In this document: piece after piece, positions 28,713 to 41,139 of the stretch | Numbering within the stretch: position 1 is the first letter of the stretch | Layout of the letters: each line of letters starts with the position of its first letter | Origin: Octopus sinensis | Lineage: Eukaryota | Reading direction: 5' to 3' | Length of the DNA: 64,000 nt | Assembly (NCBI RefSeq): GCF_006345805.1 | Contig: NC_043004.1 | Location: 66,154,001 to 66,218,000, forward strand | The notes under the pieces: generated by a model | What the model was told of the DNA's origin: nothing | The model's database searches: none | The model's input: the letters and a program-made list of their open reading frames with translations, nothing else | Made by a program: the position numbers and the translations under genes

Positions 28713-30304
28713 GTGTATATATTGGCGTGTGTGCAATTTGTATTAAGATAGACTCCAAATATGAATATTGTATATTGTTTCAACCGTAATTGCCATGGGA
28801 GTAGAACGTCCAACTGTAATTTTGCAGGCTTCAAGCATTGCACAAAAGAAACAGTTGTTTGTTTAGTTAGTGCTGCAATTATCAAGGGATGAAAACGCCC
28901 AGCAACGTTTATGTAGGCAAGGGACATTGCTGATTGTGCAACACGCAAATTGATCCTTTGATTGTTAACAGAAAAACATTGCCATGGTGTGAGGATTTAG
29001 CTTCTTAATGCTGACAGACGTCTTTATTCAGACATTGTAAGCTGTGTAGGCAATGCAGCCTACACTGTTTAGAACTTTGTGAGTCATTTCCGGATAAAGG
29101 GTGCGTGTTCTTTGATTGAATAAAATAAATGGAAATATGCAACAGAACCGCATGCCATGGCTAACCTAATGGGTCCCATGTGGTCTCTACAACTAAGAGA
29201 AGATAGGAAGAACATTAACCCAAAATGCAATTGCAATTCGAGCTCATAACCTCTGCAAAATATATTTCATCCATTAACAATTCAACACTATTTTTTATAT
29301 TATTACATAATACTAATTTTTGTGAATGGAAGTGAATTGAAATTGCTCTGGCTTGTGGTTAACAACACTTTTCATTGTATTGTACCGATATTATTTTCAA
29401 TTAGTATATTCATAATCTAGATTTCCTAACGAAATTTGCATGGACAATCACGTTTCCCTCGCCATTGTTACATTTACAATGGCTACGTATCCCAGTCTGT
29501 ATTTATAGATTGTGAAAATGTGTTTATGTAAATCAACATGAATACGCGTTTGTTTGTTTAAAGAATTATTTACTGTGCCCCTTTTCCTTATGCTATTATA
29601 GAAAGATAAATATGAGAATTACGCATTTGAGATTCCGTCTAATTAATCCTGTGTATTCTTACAAAACAAGTTATAATATTCAAGACATATGAATCGAATA
29701 CCAACAGATGAAATAAATTACTTGAATGACGCATAATATGACATTTAGTATTCAAAATATTTCAGAATATTTCTCGTTGCTTTTGTATCAAATTCTAAAT
29801 GATAATATACCAATTAGATAGCTGAATTAATTAAATATTCACCTGCCATTTTGACGGAATATATTTCTAAATCGAATGAGATCTAGAGTTATTAATACAG
29901 TTATTGATCCATGGACTAATTAAAATAAACCTTGAAATCTAAATCTGCTTGATCTGATATCATATCGTTATATCGCACACATACATCTAAAGAGGTAGTC
30001 ACCATTATATACAGCTGCACATATTTCTCCCGGTGTTCTCGTAATTAACGTACTATCATTTACAGTGAATGTTTGAAGATCTGACGGAAGATAATGAGCA
30101 ATGAAACGTTATCTGGTAATAAAGTCAAAAAGGTCAAACTTTAGAAACATCCTACACCCGTGTTTCTAAATTATCAAACATTCCAATCCAAAGAAGTAGG
30201 TAACGAATAGATATAACATCACCTTTTATTTTACTACACTTCCTAAAAAACAATCGGTCCTGATCGAAAAGATTTTTACTGCACTAAACTTGAGCTTCGG
30301 ATGT

Positions 30305-30620
30305 GCAAAGGCCCAGTGGTTAGGTCAGCAGACTCGCGGTCGGAGGATCGCGGTTTCGATTCCCAGACATGGTCTTGTGTGTGTTAATTGAGCGAAAACA
30401 CCTAAAGCTCCACGAGGCTCCGGCAGGTGGGGTGGCTACTCCTGTTGTACTCTGTCGCCCCAACTTTCTCTCATTCTTTCTTCCTGTTTCTTGAGTAGCG
30501 CTGCGATGGACTGGCGACCCGTCCAGCTGGGAGCTGAGGGGAGCACATACGCCTTAGAAACCGAGAAACCAGGCCTATTAGACTGGCTAAGCTTGAAAAG
30601 GGCGTACAAATAAAAACAAG
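30305..30620 (+). mobile_element. tRNA-derived SINE (family C, tail type 1)
   Basis: A box GGCCCAGTGG, B box GGTTTCGATTCC, central ctgcgatggactggcgacccgtccag, A-rich tail. Confidence 0.85.
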
Positions 30621-31233
30621 AAAAAACTTGATCTTCACATATTCTATATCCTTACAATTACATCACCAATCGTAGCCTTCTAATTCTGATCTTCATATAT
30701 TTGCTATTTCCAGCAGGTGGTGATACTACCCTGAAGCTTAGAAGTAAAGAGGTAATGGTCACACTGTTATGTGAATGAGTGTAAAGATTACTAGGTGGAC
30801 TAATCGAAACCGATGTAAATAGCTGATTTCCTGTAAAATACTTCAATGGTGTACATATAATATTGATTGTACATTTAATATAGATTATTGAAAGGTAGTG
30901 CAAACATAATTACTGCGACAATGAAGACAAGGGTAGATAGCAAAGATTGGATGAAATGGAGAGAAGTGATTAAGTGGAAAATAATTAAAATCTATAAAAT
31001 ATTAACAATGAAGACACCTTCAGACTCCAAAATATAATTATAATAAAAAAGAAAAATAAGACTGGAATATAACAGCATCGATTACATCATAATTTCAAAT
31101 GACAAAATTTCAAATAGCCTTAGGTTTAACGGCAAAATAGATAAGCCCGTTTACAAGAGTGTAGAGAAAAACCGGGCATTTTCCGGTCTTATTGCACCTC
31201 TTCGGCGCACCATAAAAAGGGATCAATATGTAT

Positions 31234-31267
<34 letters not shown>

Positions 31268-31290
31268 AATACATGTATACATATATACGT

Positions 31291-31322
<32 letters not shown>

Positions 31323-31828
31323 GCAGATGCGTGTGTGTGTGTGTGTGTGGTGTGTGTGTGTGTGTGTGTGTGTGTCTGTGTGTGAGTGTGTATCTGCGTC
31401 TATGTGTGCGTGCGTACGTTTGCATTCATGAACACGAGCAGAATTTATGATTTCGTTATGCGTAACTACCGAAACCAAAGTAGCCTGAAAGAGACAGCTG
31501 TTGCTTTCATAGGCGTAAATAATGCAATAATACTGGTCGAACAGTGTTCTAAAACACATCTCATTTCAATTTTGCATTATGGATGTAAATGCGTCTAACA
31601 GAATATCTTGCGCTATTTGTTCCTATTCATACTGCTTCGAGTGCATCTGTCGCAGACTTTAGGTGCTCTTACCTTCTTTTTTAAGATCGATAAAGAAAGC
31701 AATAATTCATGTATGTGGTTTGGCGGCCCTTTTGGTATTGCGACGAATGACGATTTGGAAGGTCCGTATGTTCTCAGATTAAATATCACTTACTGTCACT
31801 AAAAATAGCAGCAGGAATTACAAAAATT

Positions 31829-32591
31829 AATGCCGCGATACGGTACCGGGCAATGGCTCTTATGGCTTGCGATTGTCACTGATTGGAAGTGCTATCATGT
31901 ATAAATGATTTGTCACTGTGAAAAAGATGGAGATCATCTGCTTAATACAAGAGATGGTCAGTTGTTTGACCTTATCTAATTGTGCATATCCTTTAGTGAT
32001 TGAATCAATGTGCGTTTCTGATCACGAGCATAAATAGTTTGTTCCTTCTCGAGCCAAATCTGGCTCATAAGGGCCGGTTTTCCGGTTTCCTTGGCGTATA
32101 GGTTCCACACTTGGACGGGACGCCGGTCCGTCGCAGGTGAGCTGCAAGATGCAGGAGGAAAGGGTGAGAGAACGTTGCGGCGAAAAGTCAGCAGAAGTTC
32201 GCCATTGCCTTCTGCCGGAGCCGCGTGGAGCTTAGGTGCTTCGCTCATAAAAATAAGCAGAGGTAGTGGAGAGCATCATAGCCATATGTTGAAAGGAATT
32301 CTTTGGGGTATGAGTAATTCAGACTTGGAAACATGGGTGTTTCGTTCAACATCCTTAAAAAGCCCTTATTCAAGGACCATTTGAACGGGACGGGCTAGTC
32401 GATCTGATGAAAATTCTAACTGGCTCCATCTTCAAGGTCATGTGCTCTGTATCTTGACATGAGATCACAATGAGGTCTACATATAGTCGTTATGCATGTG
32501 CCTAGGGTACGCTTATAGCAATGATGAGTTTACTAGGCTACGTAAATTTTACCGCAGTACCACTTTGATGGTATGCGCTGCTCTCAAACTC

Positions 32592-32592
<1 letters not shown>
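31829..32592 (+). mobile_element. Unclassified non-coding retroposon ending in (AAT)n, carrying a nested SINE
   Basis: Both ends match 45650-45876; the last 55 bp or so match 18160-18215(-) and 19631-19686(-). Confidence 0.65.
32030..32257 (-). mobile_element. 5'-truncated family C SINE (tail type 1), nested
   Basis: Reverse complement gagcgaagcacctaagctccacgcggctccggcag...ctgcgacggaccggcgtcccgtcc...gaaaccgg matches 30390-30580. Confidence 0.8.
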
Positions 32593-32640
<48 letters not shown>

Positions 32641-32689
32641 GTAATAATAGTAATAATAATAATAATAATAATATTAATAATAATAATAA

Positions 32690-33395
32690 AGACCAAAGCC
32701 TCCCCACCAGAAATTACCAAAAACATGTAATGAAAAGAAATATGTGGAGATGGACAAGAAACAATAAATCATATTATCTCTGGCTGCCCAATCCTGGCTA
32801 AGAAGGAATATATTCACAGACACGACAGAGTTGGGACCTACATACATTGGAAGCTATGCCAACATTATGGAATAACAACAGAAAAAAGATGGTATAGACA
32901 CACACCAGAAAAGGTCACAGAAAACGAGAAAGCAACCATACTCTAGGATATGCCAATACACACAGATAGAGAAATTAAGGCCAACAGACCAGATAGAGTT
33001 GTCAGAGATTATGAAGAAAAAAAGGGCCTTCTAATTGATGTGTCAATACCATCAGATGACAACGTGTTTCTAAAAGACATTGAGAAACTTTCAAAATACA
33101 AAGACCTAGAGATAACCAGAATGTGGAATCTAAAAACAGAAACAATTCCTATCATAGTAGGTGCATTAGGCATGATAAAAAAATATTCAGACAAATACAT
33201 AACAAAAACAACGGGACTTACAAACACATATAACATACAGAAAATTGCACTACTAGGCACTGCACACATCCAACGCAGAACACTTTCTATACAGTAACCA
33301 TCAGAGCATCACAACAAATCACAGCACATACCGAAGGCACACAGAGCTGCGCTCGGTAGTGAAGTGAAAGCACGCTATAAATATAAAACTACTGA

Positions 33396-33396
<1 letters not shown>
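32690..33396 (+). mobile_element. 5'-truncated Dong/R4-like RLE LINE in (AAT)n
   Basis: DQSLPTRNYQ, RHDRV..IHW, ANRPD, LLIDVSIP, EKLSKY, IVGALG, QKIALLGTAHI; flanked by (AAT)n and (GAT)n(AAT)n. Confidence 0.9.
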
Positions 33397-33490
<94 letters not shown>

Positions 33491-34199
33491 CCTTTCTAGA
33501 TTTGAAATCTGGAGCGAGTCAATTGCATCGACAAGTCAATTGCATCGACCCAGCGTTTCACTTAACTTATCAACCGTGAAAGGATGGCAGGCAAAGTCGA
33601 CCATGATGGAATTTGAACCCAGAACGTAAATACAGACGGACGAACTTGCACTAAGCATCTTACCCGGCATGCTAACGATTGTTAGCTGTTGTGGAAAGAG
33701 ACAGTGTGTAATCTTTGACATGAAAGATCCTCTCCGTTCTCAAAGAATTAACCAGAGCAAGTTAGATCAAAGCCCCGAAAAGTTAGATATAATAATACCC
33801 ATAATGCTATTTTTATCATTCGTAGCAGTAAAGACAGTATTCTTATTGTTGCGTTGTGCATCATATACTTCTTTGTTATTGCTATTGCATCCGAACATGT
33901 TATTACTGCATCAATGGATCTGCCAAGACAGCAGTTAACCAATATCTCATTTCGTTAAGATATATCTTAATGCCTCACGGAATATATTAATGAGTTACAT
34001 ATAGAAGGAGCCCTCCCTTGATTTGTGATGATAAAGTCAAGGCATATCTATATTTTCCTTCATTTTTTTTTGTATAATTCTTTCCGTCTCAATTATACAT
34101 GGCCACCGATATACATGGTTCGTGACTATAAATAATCGGGTTGTCTGTCTAAAAGAACCCATTATGAGAAGAGATATCTTGCCTCAGAATCAGCGCAAT

Positions 34200-34454
34200 T
34201 ATTGTTGTTGATTTCATCGTCATAATCATCATCATTAGATTCACGATAATGATCTGCATCATCATCATAATCGTCATCAATAGCAGCTTAGTCCCTGTCG
34301 TCACCACCGCCACCGTCAGCATTCATCATGATCAGTGCGAACTAAACGACCAGCTTCTAGTATCGGACTAATCATCATCACAAAAAATCTTCATGGTTCC
34401 CACAAACATCGTTATCATCGTCATCGTCGTAGTTGTCGTTGTCGTCATCATCAC

Positions 34455-34506
<52 letters not shown>

Positions 34507-34974
34507 GTCATCGTTGTCGTCGTTATCAACAATATTAATAATAATCACCATAAACAGTACAAGGATCCCGTCCCACACATCATCAACAAACTTCTTGTCT
34601 TCTTCTTCCCTTCCTTCCGTCTTCTTTTCTTCTTGTTCTTGTTTGTGTTCTTCTTCCTCTCCTCCTCCTCCTCCTCCTCCTTCTTCTTCTTCTTCTTCTT
34701 CTTCTTCTCTTCTTCTTCTTCTTCTTCTTCTTCTTCTTGCGCTGCTGCTTTTCCACCATCTTTTTTATATATTTTCCTCTTCTTCTAACTTTTCCGTTCT
34801 TTCTCCCCTACTCCTTACTCTTCCTCGTTGCTCTAGCTTGTTCTCTTTACACGTGCTGCACTTCTTTCATTTGCTTTTTCTCTCTTCCTCTGTCCTGTCT
34901 TCATCTTACTTCATATAACGATCACCATCATCATTTATCATCATCATCATCCCCATCATCGTTATTACTATTAA

Positions 34975-35012
<38 letters not shown>

Positions 35013-35106
35013 TTGTTATTATTATCATCATCATTATTATTATTGTTACTACTATTATTTTTATTACTATTATTATTATCATCATCATCATTATTATTAC
35101 TATTAC

Positions 35107-35137
<31 letters not shown>

Positions 35138-35180
35138 GTTATCATCATTATTGTTATTATCATCATCATCATCATCATCA

Positions 35181-35220
<40 letters not shown>

Positions 35221-35230
35221 CATCATCATT

Positions 35231-35313
<83 letters not shown>

Positions 35314-35342
35314 CATCATTATCATCAACATCATCATCATCA

Positions 35343-35388
<46 letters not shown>

Positions 35389-35390
35389 GA
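34200..35390. repeat. Compound trinucleotide microsatellite (ATC/TTC/ATT)
   Basis: Direct reading; source of homopolymer ORFs. Similar tracts at 39700-40180, 45077-45650 and 46030-46495. Confidence 0.95.
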
Positions 35391-36432
35391 CAATGATAAA
35401 GTGTCGGATTACCTGCTTTCTGTGTGACTATGGAAACATTATTCATTAAATTCATTTAAAGATGCCCGTGTCCTTCCTTAATATAACTTTTTTTTATACT
35501 TTCATCTGTAATATTTGTATTCTGGTGTACACCAAGAAGTCTTTCTTTAATATTACTTCATGTCTGTGTCACTTTATTATATTAATTTACATTATTTTAT
35601 TGTTACTTTATATTATTCTATATTTTATATAATTTCTTCTCGAAATTGGTTTCATATTTTCTTTCCTTCACTGTTGCATTCGTTGCATGTTTTCTTGATT
35701 TATATTTTTATTTTTTTCAATTGTAGTTCTGTTTATTATTGTGTTATTGTGTAAATTTATATCAATTATAATTAATTCATTTCGCTGCTCTGCAATTATT
35801 ATTTTTTCCGTAGTTCTTTAAAGTATTATTTATTTTTCTTTTTAACATTAATGTTCCATTTTTCATGCTAAATTATATCTTGTTCATTTGTAGGCAGGTT
35901 TATTCGTCAGCGTTTCATTTCGGTTAGACTTTTTTTTTCTATTATCTCACGTTTTTTTTTATTAGTGCTCTTCCACATTACTTTGTTTCTCTAATTTCAT
36001 TATCTGCCTCCACATCAGTTAATTCATGACGTACACAGTAGGAAAGATAGGGAGAGTGAACGACAGCGGGGTGTAGAGTGAGAGAAAAGGAGGGATGGAA
36101 AGAGAGAGAGAGCGAGAGAGAGAGAGAGAAAGAGAGAGAGATGGGGGAAGATTTTCCTAGTTACCCGTTAATATTTGATAGACTGCTGGTAATTTCGAAT
36201 TGCCGTGTATTTCAGAAATGTCCCTGTTTATTTTCAATGAAACTTATACCGTAGTATGTCTTTTTTAAAGAATATATATTTATTCCACATACTTCAGTGT
36301 ATCTAATCTATTAGTGAAATGGGTAACACGTCTGAAATTTGGTGCACTCAACACCTATACAACACCTATACTATATCTATATGGGTAACAAAATTACATC
36401 TCAGTAATGTTGGGAATATATATATATATGTT

Positions 36433-36490
<58 letters not shown>

Positions 36491-37142
36491 CTGTGTGCGT
36501 GTGTGTGTATGTGTGTGAGTGTGTGCGTGTATATATATATGTATAAAAATCATGATCCGGTGGAGGTTTCACTATTTATGGAAAAGTTTATATGGAAAGT
36601 TATATATTTATATTTGTGTGTGTATGTGTGTGTGCCTGCGAATGGATGCGCGTGCCTGCATTACATCGTTGGTCTAATGATAGTCATATTGCGGTTTCCA
36701 TTCCTAGAATGGACATCGTGTCCTTGAGCAAAATATTTCATTTCAGAATGGTCCATTCCACAGTTGGTAAAATGGTAAAAATGAGTAATCTTTCGAAAGA
36801 CTGCATCTTCTCCACGAAGAAGTCCTCATATCCATGAAATTCATTTTGTACATCGACATATATTTAATTCACCAAAAAAATAATGTTAGTCGTTAATATA
36901 AAACAGGAGATATTATAGACTGTGAGTAGCAATACGAAAATAATTATATGTATGCTAGTAACGAAGGAAGCGCCACGTGACAAAAGTCATATCACTTTGG
37001 AAGAGTTTCAAAGCATATTTCTATCCCAAATCCATGTTACATGAACCAAACGAACATGTAAACTCTGTAGTTAGAAAAACAACATCGTTTACCAGATTTG
37101 ACTGTACTCTAAATTGTTTTTGTAAATATAAGTTATATAAAA

Positions 37143-37467
37143 GATAGGAGACCCCCTTCGGTCATGAATGATCATGGCACTGCAGTTACCCTCCGAGTCT
37201 ACATTGATTTTATTGAAGGCCAGCAGTCGCCCATGCATATCAGCTTCCGCTCTCCACACCACCGATATTATCCAAGGGAAAGACATGGGCCGATACAACT
37301 TGGCACCAGTGTTGTCGCAACTCATTTCTACAGCTGAGTTAACTGGAGCAACGTGAAATAAATTGTCTTGCTCGGAACACAACAGGCAGCCCGGCCTAGT
37401 CCAGGAATCGAACTCACAGCCTCACAATCGTAAGCTCGATGCTCTAAGCACTAAGCGATGCGCCTTC
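37143..37467 (-). mobile_element. tRNA-derived SINE (family D)
   Basis: Minus strand gaaggcgcatcgcttagtgcttagagc...GAGTTCGATTCC...gagcaagacaatttatttcacgttgctccag; decayed + strand relative at about 36650-36790. Confidence 0.8.
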
Positions 37468-37774
37468 ATTATAAAAGTTATAAAGACTAAATTTCATTAA
37501 CTTGCCCTGGGTCAACATTCTTTTCTGAACATTCCAGACAAGTAACTTATAGAATAACGCCGTCTTTAAAGCAGTGACTTTTGAATTTGGGAAAATATAT
37601 CGATGCTCTTAGAGTTCATCACGTGAGGTCGTGAAGGAGTTTTGGGTTACAAATATTGGAGAACAGAAATAATGTGCGGTATTAATTGATTGCAAAATGA
37701 ATTTCACTCCCTGTCTACACTTAGTATAGTCTATGCTCTGTCCTACTTAATATAAGTATGTGTCACTTTGCTCT

Positions 37775-38146
37775 TTCTCACTTTTACTTGTTTCAGCCAT
37801 TTGACTGCAGCCATGCTGGAGTAGCACCTTTGGAAGCCTAGTACTTATTCTCTCTCTCTCTCTCTTTTGCCGAACCGCTAAGTTCGTGGACGTAAATACA
37901 CCAGAACTGGTTGTCAAGCGATGTTGGCAAGGGGACAGACACACACACATATAAACACACATACATATACATATACAAATATACGACGGGCTTCTTTCAG
38001 TTTCCGTCTACCAAATCCACTTACAAGGCTTTGGTCGGACCGAGACTATACAATAAGCCAGTTGCCCAAGGTGCCACGTAGTGGGAATGAATCCGGAACC
38101 ATGTGGTTCGTAAGCAAGCAACTTACCATACACTCATTCCTACGCC
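37775..38146 (-). mobile_element. Composite SINE (family A head + microsatellite + tail)
   Basis: Reverse complement of the 53695-54110 structure. Confidence 0.88.
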
Positions 38147-38622
38147 ACTTTCTTCACTTATGAGGACTTACAAGGACACCACATTTGTAAATCATAACTT
38201 GGGGAATGATATCATAAAACCTAATTTATATTGCTTCAACTTGCAATCTCTGTTGGTAACTAACCTCACACAAAGGTCCTACAGGTCACTGTAATTGCTA
38301 GAAGAAGCAGCAAAACCACTTTCGAATCCAACTTAACATAACTATGACAAGCACATTGACAAAGTGGTTGTAAACTTTGTAAATGAAATATTCATGAATC
38401 GAATGATTTTGATCGTGAGTTAAAACAAAACTTCTTCTTGGTCCAGTCAGGAATTTCATCATCTCACAAACCAAATTTCGATTTCTCTTGGACTAAGTTT
38501 CAATTTTCCAACATTGTAAACCCCAAATAGATGGATTAGGATGTTTACATTCTTTCCAATTCTTTTCTCCTAAAATGTGTGAAAGTTGTGGAGAAGAAAT
38601 GTCCAGATATGTATCTCATAAA

Positions 38623-38701
<79 letters not shown>

Positions 38702-38710
38702 CGTGTGTAC

Positions 38711-38755
<45 letters not shown>

Positions 38756-39721
38756 ATATAAATGTGTGTGTGTGTGTGTGTGTGTGTGCCTGATATAGTG
38801 TTTACCAACTTTCAGTTGCATGCAATGAAATGTACAAAGCATGAAGAATCGAAAGCTGAGTAAATAATTCAATATCGATTTGCGATCAAGGAAACGCGCT
38901 TTCGTCATCGCTAACTCTTTCTTTCTAGAATATTGCATCTTCTGGAAGGAAACCACTATTATTTCATACCTTATGTTGTAACTTAAAATAACGATCGGCG
39001 TCGATTTTCGTTTTCATCCATCCGAGAGACGATAAATAATAGAAGAAAGTTGAGTCAAGTAAAACGCCTGTACTCTCTTGAAAAAACATAAAAAAAGAAA
39101 GAAAAGTATATTATAACAATGAACATTTGCATGAGGAAAAGAGAGAAACATGCTAGCAATGCATTTGTTGATAACAAATAAGATGTAGCATAGATTTTGA
39201 TATTATTGATGTCAATAAACGGGTTGATATCCTTTTCTTGTTTATCGTTCATCTTCGTTTGCTTTGCTTTGATTTTTGTCAGTGCTGAAAGTAAATTGTT
39301 TCCCCATTGCCACAAAATATTTCTTCCCATGGTCCGTTGGTTGAGAATCTAAACAGTAAAGTACGATATTATATTTATGCAGCTTTCTTTTTTTCCGATT
39401 GAGAATTTTTTTTTCGATTCGGTTATTTAAGCAAAGAGAAACCAAAAAAACACAAAAAAAAAAACTAGGAAGGAATAATTCGTAACTTTGGAACCGACGA
39501 ACGAAGTTGGCAAGGACACACTTGTAAGGAGAGTCTTATGCGAATCTCACAGTTGAATAATATGTATATATATATTTATATTGGAAACATCTAAAAATGA
39601 CAAGGAAGCCGAAGCTGTTGTGCTCTCTCTGTGATTCTACGGTAAATGGATTTGTCAGAAAGATGTTATCGTATTTCACTATCATAAACAGAAACCTTAT
39701 AATTACAACCACCACCACCAC

Positions 39722-39753
<32 letters not shown>

Positions 39754-39776
39754 CCACCACCACCACCACCACCACA

Positions 39777-39810
<34 letters not shown>

Positions 39811-40109
39811 TCATCACCACCACCACCACAACCACCATCACCACCACCACCACCACCGCCACCATCATCATCATCACCACCAAGAACGCCGCCGCCGTCG
39901 ACGTCGTCCTCACCGTTGTCACACTCATCATATTTCATAGAAGGTGATCTAAAAATGATAGCGGTTATGATAAACATCTGCATCGACCACTCCTGCTCCA
40001 GCACATCTTCATCAGCATCAGCATCATCATAATCAACATAATGCTAAAGATGACGCTGATAATAATTATAATGATGATGATGATAATAATAATAATAATA
40101 ATAATAATG

Positions 40110-40179
<70 letters not shown>

Positions 40180-41139
40180 GGTATTTTTACGATGCTCTGA
40201 ACTGGCAACAGCGAACCCAGCAGGTCAACTGTAGAAAACTGGAAGATCTACTGTTTTCTGTAAGTAATTTGAATTACCCTCAAAATAAGTAAAAAAAAAA
40301 AACTTACATATCTACAGCTCATACAAACGTACACCTAACAAGAAAAATTAGAAACATACATATCTCCAATTCTGTGTGAACATTTACATTTAGTCGTCTC
40401 TCATGACTATAAGAATGTGTAAAATTGCCTTTTAAATTACCTTTTATTGTAACAACACAATTAAATGCACGATAAAAAGTTATGGAATTAAGTACCTACT
40501 ACTATATACATACAACTGAATTCAGAAATTTAAAAATATATATAACATTGAACTCAGAAAGTTATTTAAAAAAAGAAAAAAAAAATCTTCGACGAAAACA
40601 TCAGATAATATGTGTGAGTGAATATACATATATATACATACATATGCATGTGGTGAAGAAGAAAAGAGAAAGGAAAAATAAATAAATAAATAAATAAACG
40701 TAAACAGGTTTGACCTTTTACTGACCATTAACGTCCTTTGTCTCCACCATCTACCGTAGCTATTTATAGACCCAAAGAACATGAATTCTTTAACCACCCA
40801 TTCTCCAACACAATGGAGTGTTGATGGTGGCTGTGGCTACACATTGAAGATGATGATGGTGATGGTGATGTTGCTGATGATGGGATGGTGGTGAAGATGA
40901 TAGTAATAACAATAATAACTGACAGATCCCGTCTTTTTCCCTTTCTTTTCGTTTCCTTCTCCGTATTTTATTCTCATTATTTCGAACTAATACAGACACA
41001 GTAAGCCTTGAAGAAAGGAAGAGGAGGAAAGGAGGAAAAAAAAAAAAAAAAATGTCCGGAGATAAAGCTATCAACAAAAAAAATATAGAAGAATATAGAT
41101 CTGCTAGTCTTAAGAAGCGGCGCTATGAGCAATGCTTAC

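Noticed and set aside
31165-31215. Minus-strand ccgaaga-ggt..acc-ggaaa hammerhead-like string
   Set aside because: No stem I or III pairing and no NUH triplet.
32404-32410. Isolated CTGATGA (also near 21098)
   Set aside because: No stem II or GAAA follows.
40917-40933. aactgacagatcc shared with 41156-41168 near the Dong 5' end
   Set aside because: Only 13 bp and not positioned as a TSD; could be chance.
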